A stretch of 64,000 nt of DNA from a virus: the IMG/VR virus record IMGVR_UViG_3300031715_000001, positions 42,689 through 106,688 of that record; one strand, 5' to 3'. The position numbers and the translations under genes were made by a program. The notes under the pieces were generated by a model that made no database searches, was not told the origin of the DNA, and saw only the letters and a list, made by a program, of their open reading frames with translations. Position 1 is the first letter of the stretch, and each line of letters starts with the position of its first letter. Shown here piece by piece: positions 55,175-62,785 of the stretch.

Positions 55175-57462
55175 TGGGTCGGTCCAGCACTCCCTGCGCC
55201 GTTAGGCTGTGGTGGTCCTGGAGGGCCTGGCGCCGGTCCACCCGGTGCCGGCGGCATGGAAGCATTCAATCCGGTTGGCGCTCCCGTGGGCCCGCCAGGC
55301 GGCGCCGGAGCGGCTGGCGTTGGCGTTGAGGGCGACGGCTCGGAAGAATTTTCCGGCAGTTCGTTCTCCAAGGCCATGAGGATTGATTCGAGTTTCGCGT
55401 TTAGAACCGCGATATTCCCGGCGTGTCCCGCCTTGGCGTCGGCCGCCAGAATCTCCGCGCGGTCTGAGGCTGCCGCAATTCTCTCCTTCGATGCTATTTC
55501 CAGGCGCTTGGTGAATTGCACATCGCCCAGTTCCTTTACCTTCTGGATTAGCATCTGAATGAGCTTGTCGGCTTGTTGCAGGTTCTGTTCCTGCGCCTGC
55601 AGGGCTTGGGTAAGTTGTCCCGTGGTCGGTCCGTCGTCGTCGCCAGCTTTGAATCCTGGAGGACGGAGGCGCTCGGCGTACCTGGCCGCATTCGGAACTC
55701 CGAGGTCCTGAATGATCAGGTCTAACGCTTGCCCGACCTGCGGGAAGGACTTAGCCAGGTCAAGCAGCCGTTGCGCCGATTCATTCATTTGGCTGGCGTA
55801 GCTCGGGGCGAGGTTTGGCACCGGACCGTATTTGTGCTGGCCGAAGATATGGCTTGTGACCTTGCCCGTCTGCTGGTCCACGTATTCCTGGTTAATCAAG
55901 ACACGCTTGGTCTTGTCATCAGGCTGTGTGATGGTGATGGCCTGCTTGTCGGTGTAACAGAAGTCCATCAACTCGTTCACGATTTCCGCTTCCTGATTCA
56001 GCGCGCGGTTGAAATTGTCGGGAAATGCCGCGTGCGACACGTCGCCCGATTGTTTGATTTGCGAGATTGCGACGCCGGACTGCTTGCCCTGTTGTTCGCC
56101 TAATTGCGGCGCGAAGGTATTCAGTACCCTTTGCAGGTCGTCCTTGGCACCGGCGGTCGCCTGCACCACGGCTGCTGTGTTGGGCGACGGGGATACCCAT
56201 TGCGGCGGCGGTAGCGCTCGGCCGCTCTGATCTTCTAATGCAGTCGATTCAATGAGCGACCACGGGTAGCGGTTGATATTTTGGACGATGGCCTTCTGCT
56301 GCGGAGAGAGTTGCCCGACGACGCCCATCATGTGCGGCAGCGGAGCCAAGCCAACTTCGTCGATGGTCCGCGACACCATGTAGTCGTGAATGCGCGAGGG
56401 GTGCATGGCAGGCTTCACCATGCCCGAATGAATCTTAGGTCTCTTGCCGCGAAATACCTCGCGTCCGATGCAGACCACGATGGGAATGAGTTTTCCGGGC
56501 CAGAGGCGTTTCTCAACGCACTGCGTGCCGGTCATCTTGCGCCATTCAAGCCAATCGTCCAGTTTTTTCTTCACCCGGATCGGTTCGGCTCCCGGGGGCA
56601 CATCCTCTTTCCACCACTCGGTTCCATCGGCCAGCTTCCAGACCTCGCGCATGGCCCACTTCCTGCGCCAGTATTCGCCCACCCGGATCTTGTCCTTGGG
56701 AAACCACAGCGTGCGCTGCGAATCGTCGGTGATCGCCAGACCGTTCAGATCGAGCGCACGCTCTCCGTCGAAGCCGTAATTGGCCTTGAACTCGTCGCGC
56801 CATAGATCTTCGAACGCATAGCCCCAGCCGGCGTCCGAATAATCGAAGTTGAGGACGGTCGGGTCCATCGCGATCGAATGCAGGTTGTCGACGCGCTGGA
56901 TCCTCAAGCGCCTGGAAAACGTAGGTCCGTCTTCGTCCTCTATTACCACCCGCCAATAGCCCCGCCCGACTGAAACGGCGAACTGGTAGCCGGTCTCGCG
57001 CGCGATGGGGGCTTTCGACTGCCGGTCGATGTTGCGGTAGAGGCCCGAACGCACATCCGCGGTCGCCTGTTTGGCGCCTTCGCTCATAGGAACGAATTCG
57101 ACGGTCAGCTTGTTGACACGGATCGTGTTGACGACCAGATCGACTGAAGGCGAAAGCAGATCGATGACGAAAGCCGAGCGCCCCTGCGCCATCATCTGTT
57201 TGGCTTTGTCTTGACCGGTCTCCTCTTCAATCCAGTGGCGGCCGGACAGGAAGTCTAATTCGATGTCGGTATTGTGCTGGAATTCCGAGTCTGCCTCTTC
57301 CCATTCGGTGAAACGGCGGCGCAGCTCGCTAGCGACTTCGGCTTCTTTGGGATCGCCGAGCTCCGGGTGCACGACGTCGTCAAAGTTTTTGGAGTCGCGC
57401 GAGGACTCGGGTGCGCCGGGGCGTTCACGCTGGGGCGAGATGTTAAGGGTTTGAATAGCCAA
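55171..57462 (-). CDS. portal protein (P22 gp1-like)
   Basis: DFLSGRHW, AVSVGRGYWRV, DYSDAGWG, WPGKLIPIV and QSGVAI motifs; Pro-rich C-terminus; downstream of terL. Confidence 0.85.
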   Translation of the reverse strand: MAIQTLNISPQRERPGAPESSRDSKNFDDVVHPELGDPKEAEVASELRRRFTEWEEADSEFQHNTDIELDFLSGRHWIEEETGQDKAKQMMAQGRSAFVIDLLSPSVDLVVNTIRVNKLTVEFVPMSEGAKQATADVRSGLYRNIDRQSKAPIARETGYQFAVSVGRGYWRVVIEDEDGPTFSRRLRIQRVDNLHSIAMDPTVLNFDYSDAGWGYAFEDLWRDEFKANYGFDGERALDLNGLAITDDSQRTLWFPKDKIRVGEYWRRKWAMREVWKLADGTEWWKEDVPPGAEPIRVKKKLDDWLEWRKMTGTQCVEKRLWPGKLIPIVVCIGREVFRGKRPKIHSGMVKPAMHPSRIHDYMVSRTIDEVGLAPLPHMMGVVGQLSPQQKAIVQNINRYPWSLIESTALEDQSGRALPPPQWVSPSPNTAAVVQATAGAKDDLQRVLNTFAPQLGEQQGKQSGVAISQIKQSGDVSHAAFPDNFNRALNQEAEIVNELMDFCYTDKQAITITQPDDKTKRVLINQEYVDQQTGKVTSHIFGQHKYGPVPNLAPSYASQMNESAQRLLDLAKSFPQVGQALDLIIQDLGVPNAARYAERLRPPGFKAGDDDGPTTGQLTQALQAQEQNLQQADKLIQMLIQKVKELGDVQFTKRLEIASKERIAAASDRAEILAADAKAGHAGNIAVLNAKLESILMALENELPENSSEPSPSTPTPAAPAPPGGPTGAPTGLNASMPPAPGGPAPGPPGPPQPNGAGSAGPTQ

Positions 57463-57476
57463 GGTAGTATTGAGGG

Positions 57477-57788
57477 GTGGAGCAGGAGGATCAGTACGTG
57501 AAGGCGCTGGAGGCTGAGCTTAATGAGTGGAAGACGGCTTTCACCGGGCTACTCGGGGAGCAACCCATCACTCTCACGCCTGGGCTTCTCTGGAACGCGA
57601 TTAATCATCTTCGGGCGGAGAAAGAGGATCTCGTCCTGGTACTGAAAATGCTTGACGATGACTTCAAATACTTGGAGGGAAGCTGTCCAGGTTTGTACTT
57701 GACAGGCGCGGGATACGTTCTCGCCCCACGAGTCCTAGAGATACGGAAATTGCTGGGTTCCCCCACGGAGCGAAACCATGAACCTTAG
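57477..57788 (+). CDS. antisense moron, coiled-coil hypothetical protein
   Basis: GAGG RBS and GTG start; lies between the terL and portal genes. Confidence 0.5.
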   Translation: MEQEDQYVKALEAELNEWKTAFTGLLGEQPITLTPGLLWNAINHLRAEKEDLVLVLKMLDDDFKYLEGSCPGLYLTGAGYVLAPRVLEIRKLLGSPTERNHEP

Positions 57789-57978
57789 CCGCCGTGGAGT
57801 CCTAGCGTTCCTGGCTGCGGGGCTCGCGCTCGATCCTGAGCGGTTGCTGTGGGTGCCGGGGAAGAAACTGATCTCGATACCTAAGCCGCTAGTTGACTGG
57901 AATCTTATCGATTCCTACGAGGCGGCGGCCATGGATCTGTTTGAACTGATTAACGCGCTGGATATGACCCGGTATTAA
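57778..57978 (+). CDS. small protein with twin-arginine-like N-terminus
   Basis: MNLSRRGVLAFLAAGLALDPERLLWVPG; GGAG RBS. Confidence 0.55.
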   Translation: MNLSRRGVLAFLAAGLALDPERLLWVPGKKLISIPKPLVDWNLIDSYEAAAMDLFELINALDMTRY

Positions 57979-58139
57979 TGGGAGAGTTGGGCTCTACACT
58001 CCAGCCGGTCGCCGCACTGGTAAAACGCAGAGACCGTCGCTCATAGAAGCCCCAGGACGAATCGCTGAGCCTCGGGTGATACTTCAGGGTCACCTTCGCG
58101 CAACATAGAATCAACAACTTCCAGTTTTGAATCTTGGTT

Positions 58140-58251
58140 CGTCTCGTGCGCTCCTGGAACCCGCGCACGTTGGGGATTGGACACCGATAACCGGATCGTT
58201 CGGTTATCGGTCCGCTCTTCACTGCGCCCGTTGCCAGGAGGGCGCAGGATA
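58140..58251. mobile_element. empty hairpin-pair element K (no cargo, 112 bp)
   Basis: TTGGGGATT-type end (58140-58178) nearly abutting an ATAACC-type end (58187-58251). Confidence 0.7.
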
Positions 58252-58259
58252 GAAACTAT

Positions 58260-59813
58260 TCATCTAGCCCAGCTCATAGATCCACCCACATTCCTTGGTT
58301 CTGGTTGGTTAGATCCTAAAACTGGAGGAGGAGCAACCTTACGTACAAACGTGCACGCCAGCGCATCGGGATAGTCCGGAGATTTAATCTTGCGTTTCGA
58401 CATTGACTCTTTCGACTCCAGCGTGAGTTTTCCGTGGTTGTGATGAAACCCTGGCCCCAGGAACTCCTGAGCCAGTTTCTCATCGTCTGGTATCGCTCCC
58501 AGACGCATCCACTCGCGCATACGGTCCCACATCAGAGAGCGCACATTCAGATAATGCCGCTCACCCGACGTCTCTCCGAAATTGACTTCAAAGCAATTGG
58601 TGAAGCCTGAGTCCTTCGCCCGCTGGATGATCACCGCTCCGAAGGCCTGGTCGCCGAATAACGCGGCTACCTTGCGCTGCGACGAACGATCGGCCATGAT
58701 GTCGCACATCTTCGCGACCACCTGATCACGCGGTGTATCGCCCGGCAGGATCACCGGAGGAATAGACTTACCGTCCAAGCCTCTCCGGAATGCGAATACG
58801 TGCCTTGCCATTCCGCCGTTGGCCGCGTCATACCCGACTATCAAGGGCTCGTCGGGAAGTACGCGGTGAATACGTCTGCGCGCTTCGTCGACGATCTGCT
58901 GCGAGATGAACTGTAATTCGCTCGCTCGCGGACACAGCCCCAGGACGCGGACGCGGAAAAGATCGGAATCTTCGCCCCACTCTTCCCGCCACTCCTCGAT
59001 GAACTTCTTGTTGGTGAAAGCGCTTTCTAAACCTGACCAGATGCGGGTATTCCACAGCTTCGAGGCCTTCCCATTGGTGACGTTGTGGAACTCGCCCGTA
59101 TTGCGGAGCATCTGCCCCCAGGCGAAGAACATCGGCTCCCCATCGGTCATTCCGAAGTAGGCCGGCGTCCAGTTTTCATCGGGAATTTCCGATGCTTCGT
59201 CGAAGAGGTACCAGGAGGTAGACGTTCTGGCGTGCTGGCCGGCGAAGGATTGGGCTCGTTCTTTTGAGGCTGTCTTGGGGTTACATTTCCATTTCTCGCG
59301 CTTCAGCGGGTCCTTGTGAAAAACACCCGATTTCTGGATGTCGAACAAGTCCTTGCCGTGCCCGGCATTGCCCCAGTACATGATGTCGGCCCAGGTGCGC
59401 TCCTCCAGTTGCTGGTAGGTCCCTGCGGTCACAGTGCCGACCGACAGAGGCCGCGTGCGCAACAGAAACCAGGCGATCCAGGCTCCCAGCGTCGATTTGC
59501 CGGTTCCATGCGCCGACTGTATTCCCATCCGGATGGGTTCGACCGGCGTGTGTCCGTCGAAATTGTTGGCCGTTATCTTTTCTCCCAGGTCTATTAGGAA
59601 CTGGGTCTGCAGGGCGTCCGGCCCCTCCATGTGCTCGAATTCGGTGCCCTTTTGCTTCCATGGCCATTCGTTTAATACAAAGCCTAAGGGATCGTGCTTG
59701 TATACCTCTGCAGTAATCTCGGTAGAAGAGGAATGCAGGCCCTGTAGTTTTCCTTCGAGTAAAGAGGCGGCTCCTCTCATGAGATCGAGGTTTTGGTGGT
59801 AAAGATCTAACAA
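58260..59813 (-). CDS. terL: terminase large subunit
   Basis: Walker A SAHGTGKS; Walker B YLFDEASE; nuclease motifs VGYDAA and SPDYPDALACTF. Confidence 0.9.
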   Translation of the reverse strand: MLDLYHQNLDLMRGAASLLEGKLQGLHSSSTEITAEVYKHDPLGFVLNEWPWKQKGTEFEHMEGPDALQTQFLIDLGEKITANNFDGHTPVEPIRMGIQSAHGTGKSTLGAWIAWFLLRTRPLSVGTVTAGTYQQLEERTWADIMYWGNAGHGKDLFDIQKSGVFHKDPLKREKWKCNPKTASKERAQSFAGQHARTSTSWYLFDEASEIPDENWTPAYFGMTDGEPMFFAWGQMLRNTGEFHNVTNGKASKLWNTRIWSGLESAFTNKKFIEEWREEWGEDSDLFRVRVLGLCPRASELQFISQQIVDEARRRIHRVLPDEPLIVGYDAANGGMARHVFAFRRGLDGKSIPPVILPGDTPRDQVVAKMCDIMADRSSQRKVAALFGDQAFGAVIIQRAKDSGFTNCFEVNFGETSGERHYLNVRSLMWDRMREWMRLGAIPDDEKLAQEFLGPGFHHNHGKLTLESKESMSKRKIKSPDYPDALACTFVRKVAPPPVLGSNQPEPRNVGGSMSWAR

Positions 59814-59836
59814 GCAATGGGAAGAGAATGATCGAG

Positions 59837-59866
59837 CGTTTCGTGCGCTCCTGGAACCCGCGCACG
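59837..59866 (+). repeat. hairpin element upstream of terL
   Basis: CGTTT-cgtgcgc-tcctggaaccc-gcgcacg. Confidence 0.8.
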
Positions 59867-59882
59867 CTGAAGAGAGGACTGA

Positions 59883-60224
59883 TTACCGGGTGTTCCGTTT
59901 ATTTGTGAATTCGCTACGCAGCGCTTCGATAACCTTCGCTTGCATCGCCGGGTACTTGGCAGCGATGTTCTCGTGAGGATTGAATAACGAGCCTTTGCCC
60001 TTTAGGTACGCTGGTAACCTGACCGTGATCGTGTCGCCGCGCTGAGGCACGGGCATTTCCATGCCCCGCAGCCGTGCAAGTACCTGGTTCAAATACAGCT
60101 CGTTGTACACCAGCGGCGACAACCGATCAACTGCGCGACATTGCCGCCCCATGGCGGGCTTGGGCGCGATAAGCGCGGCCAGGGTTGCAAAGAAGGAACG
60201 GCGGTCGAGTCTCATGTCAGGCAT
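59883..60224 (-). CDS. small mosaic protein with twin-arginine-like leader and capsid-like peptides
   Basis: RRSFFATLAAL leader; GDTITVRLPAY and SLFNPHENIAAKY segments. Confidence 0.5.
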   Translation of the reverse strand: MPDMRLDRRSFFATLAALIAPKPAMGRQCRAVDRLSPLVYNELYLNQVLARLRGMEMPVPQRGDTITVRLPAYLKGKGSLFNPHENIAAKYPAMQAKVIEALRSEFTNKRNTR

Positions 60225-61194
60225 GCAACAGCCCTACCTCGCGCCTGCGGAATCCCTCGACCGGCTTGGGCTGCATTTCCATGCCCCGCAGCCGTTGAAG
60301 TACCTGCTCGTAATCCTGCTCCAGGCAGACCACCGCGACCACCAGCTCGCGCAGATGTGCAATGCTCAATCCCTCGGTCTCATCGCACCACCGTTCCAGC
60401 GGGACCTTCGCCCCGGCGCACGCTTTTCTGAGATAAACCATTCGCGCCGCGGCCGATGGCATACCGATCTTTACCCGCTCGTCGAATCGCGACGGCCGGT
60501 TGATCAGCCTGGCGCCCAGCCGCTCCGGATAATTGGTCGTAGCGACATAGACCACGTTGTCGGTCTGGTGCTCGCCATCGAGCATCGCCAGGATGGAGTG
60601 CTCGCCGTAAGAGGCGATCGTTTCATCCACGTCCTCCAGCACCACGATCAGCGGTCTTTCCGGTTCAATCCTTCGCAGAAAGACCAGCGCCGCCACGGTC
60701 ATGCGTGGATCGGAAGAGACGATCACCACGCCGTCATACTGGCGGATGATCTCCTGCACCAACAATTGCGCCGTTACCGTCTTGCCGCCGCCCGGGGGAC
60801 CCCACAGCAGTACACCGCGTTTGTAAATCAGCCCGTGCTTTTGATAGAGATCCTTGGCGCGCCAAAATTTCCGGATACCGGCCAATACCCTCAGGTGCGA
60901 TGCCTCCGGAAGCTCGACGATCTCATCGGAGAGGATAACCATCCTCTGCAGGAAGAGACCATTATCATCCTGTCCCACGCAGTATGCGCCGGCGTTCAGC
61001 CGCTCCAGGGTACGTGAGCCGGGGCGAAACCGATTATTGGGGAGGACCTGCCAAAGCGCGTAGTCGACGTCGGTTCGAGAATTCGGACTGGGCGAACTCG
61101 GCTGGGCGCACTCCGCATTGTTGGCGCGCTCACGAAGGAACGGCGCTGGAGGCTCGCTAGCCAGCAACTCGCCCAGTTCCTGTTCTTCGGTCAC
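60217..61194 (-). CDS. classical AAA+ ATPase (BCS1/Cdc48-like core)
   Basis: KRGVLLWGPPGGGKT, VVLEDVDE, ATTNYPERLG and RPSRFD motifs. Confidence 0.85.
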   Translation of the reverse strand: MTEEQELGELLASEPPAPFLRERANNAECAQPSSPSPNSRTDVDYALWQVLPNNRFRPGSRTLERLNAGAYCVGQDDNGLFLQRMVILSDEIVELPEASHLRVLAGIRKFWRAKDLYQKHGLIYKRGVLLWGPPGGGKTVTAQLLVQEIIRQYDGVVIVSSDPRMTVAALVFLRRIEPERPLIVVLEDVDETIASYGEHSILAMLDGEHQTDNVVYVATTNYPERLGARLINRPSRFDERVKIGMPSAAARMVYLRKACAGAKVPLERWCDETEGLSIAHLRELVVAVVCLEQDYEQVLQRLRGMEMQPKPVEGFRRREVGLLHA

Positions 61195-61202
61195 GCTTCA
61201 GT

Positions 61203-61772
61203 CTACTTCTTTCGCTCAGGCTCGGCAGGCTGCACTTCCGCCGCGGGTAATTGTGCCGCTTCCTTCTGCATCTGTATGCTCTCGGCAGCCTGTATTCCTT
61301 TGCGCAGCCATTCGAGGAGGTCCCGTACTTGCCCCTCGGTCAGATTGTCGAGATCTCCCTCGAGCGGCGCTACTCTCTGGCGGTTGAAATGGTCTGGGTC
61401 CCCGGCTTCGAGGAACTTGATCATCAGGTGATCGGAGTAGATGCGCTCGTAGACCAACTGGCCCTGGTGTCTGACCGGTTTGCCCTTGTAGAGCAGCAGC
61501 TTGAGCACGCCGTCGTGTGCCCTCCGGACAGCTTCGTCCTTCATGCTCTGCAGCCACCGCTTCTCAGCCGCCTTGAACCGTACCGGATACGTCGGGTCTT
61601 CGTCGAGCCACCGGTAATGCTCCGAGCGCGCTACCTTGGCCCAGCGGGAGGCGTCGAGCACCCGCCCGCACTCCGCGACACATGCCAGAAAGCGTTCCTG
61701 GGACGCCAGGTTGAACCTCGCGCGCGCGTAAGCGTGTCCGATGGTGTCTGATGGGGGGCCCGAAACGGCCAT
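61203..61772 (-). CDS. terS: terminase small subunit
   Basis: HTH-like segment QERFLACVAECG.V..A....V.RS.HY.W; EAVRRAHDGV...YSDHLMIKFLEA.DP motif; position upstream of terL. Confidence 0.65.
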   Translation of the reverse strand: MAVSGPPSDTIGHAYARARFNLASQERFLACVAECGRVLDASRWAKVARSEHYRWLDEDPTYPVRFKAAEKRWLQSMKDEAVRRAHDGVLKLLLYKGKPVRHQGQLVYERIYSDHLMIKFLEAGDPDHFNRQRVAPLEGDLDNLTEGQVRDLLEWLRKGIQAAESIQMQKEAAQLPAAEVQPAEPERKK

Positions 61773-61780
61773 AACGGGTC

Positions 61781-61978
61781 CTAGTTCGGTACGCACTGCC
61801 AGGTGTATTTGCAGTTGCGGCCATTCTCGTCGCAAGTGCAGACTGGCGCCATTCGAGCGCATCCGGGCGGGGGTGGGGGCGGTGGAGGTGGAGCGCCACA
61901 GCCCTGTCCGTTCGCAGTACTGGTTTGCATCGTCATCAGCAGGATTGCAGTTAGGACTAATAACAGTGTGGACTTCAT
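61781..61978 (-). CDS. small secreted Cys-rich poly-Pro peptide
   Basis: Signal peptide followed by six Cys and nine consecutive Pro. Confidence 0.55.
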   Translation of the reverse strand: MKSTLLLVLTAILLMTMQTSTANGQGCGAPPPPPPPPPGCARMAPVCTCDENGRNCKYTWQCVPN

Positions 61979-62163
61979 GCGGCTCGCTTCTTTCTAGCTT
62001 TACGTCTAGCCTTGGCCAGGCGCTGGCCGATCGCGGCGCGGTCCTTGTCGCTCATTTGCGCATATTTGGCTTCGTTCAGCTTGCGAGCAATTTCAGATCG
62101 CTCATCAGGTGAAGTCTTACTCCAACGCTTTTTTGCCAGTTCGGATGCCGCCGCGTCCGTCAT
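61975..62163 (-). CDS. small basic helical protein (possible DNA-binding regulator)
   Basis: KRWSKTSPDERSEIARK / KYAQMSDKDRAAIGQR duplicated motif; first gene of the leftward unit. Confidence 0.55.
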   Translation of the reverse strand: MTDAAASELAKKRWSKTSPDERSEIARKLNEAKYAQMSDKDRAAIGQRLAKARRKARKKRAA

Positions 62164-62203
62164 CCCCTACAGTCTACACCATTATGTCCGTCCGCACGCG
62201 CAA

Positions 62204-62268
62204 ATAACCGGAACGTCGGGGGATGGGGAACTTTTCAAAGCGCCCGTGCTACAGGAGGGCGCGAAACG
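62204..62268 (-). repeat. hairpin element (ATAACC type) in the divergent control region
   Basis: ATAACCGGAACG...agcgccc-gtgctacagga-gggcgcg-AAACG. Confidence 0.75.
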
Positions 62269-62289
62269 GGAGAATAGTCAGATTCGGGC

Positions 62290-62319
62290 TTGACATGTCC
62301 CTACGCACGGACATACAAT
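62290..62319 (+). promoter_or_regulatory. sigma70-type early promoter with a palindromic operator in the spacer
   Basis: TTGACA-18 nt-TACAAT; ATGTCC-N8-GGACAT palindrome spans the spacer. Confidence 0.7.
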
Positions 62320-62377
62320 CGGGTTGTAACTAAACTGCCCGCGCCGAGGCACGAAACCGGCGAAGGAGAAATACGAA

Positions 62378-62785
62378 ATGAATCATTTACAACGAGAGGA
62401 ACGCGACATGGCCACACAAAACGGCTTCCGCGGCTTCCTCGATCAGAACATCCGTTACCGGGATGACGTTCCCTTGAAGCCCGTCGCCCGCGTCGAACAA
62501 CCGGAGCCACTGCCGCCATTCTCGGCCATGGTCGAACAGGCCTGCGAAGACTGCCGGGGAACCGGACAAGATGCCGGCGCACTCGATGACGATTACGATC
62601 CCTGCTCAGCCTGCAATGGATCGGGGAAAGAACTCGTACTCCGCAAATATCTGGCCGAGGCCTTTGCCATCGCGGCCGGCCAGTCGTCGAGGCAACCAGA
62701 GAAAGCCCACATCGTGGCGTTGACTCAGTATGCGCGGGAAACCGTCAGCGCGTTATTCGCGGGCCAGACCAAAGAGGCCGCATGA
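62378..62785 (+). CDS. early protein with a DnaJ-type CxxCxGxG zinc finger
   Basis: CEDCRGTG and CSACNGSG motifs; AAGGAG RBS. Confidence 0.7.
   Translation: MNHLQREERDMATQNGFRGFLDQNIRYRDDVPLKPVARVEQPEPLPPFSAMVEQACEDCRGTGQDAGALDDDYDPCSACNGSGKELVLRKYLAEAFAIAAGQSSRQPEKAHIVALTQYARETVSALFAGQTKEAA

Noticed and set aside
19036-62268. Hairpin family as canonical integron attC sites
   Set aside because: CCCCAAC/GTTGGG resembles an R box, but a matching downstream GTTRRRY appears in only a couple of copies, the sites occur as inverted pairs rather than a direct array, and no intI is visible.
19036-62268. Hairpin family as rho-independent terminators, CRISPR repeats or hammerhead ribozymes
   Set aside because: There are no U-tracts after the stems, the copies are dispersed without regular spacers or cas genes, and the CUGAUGA...GAAA core is not present in the right order.
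59837-62268. One large cassette bounded by the elements at 59837 and 62239
   Set aside because: The two ends are correctly inverted, but they would enclose the putative core gene terS, so they are more likely unpaired ends of separate events. This remains unresolved.
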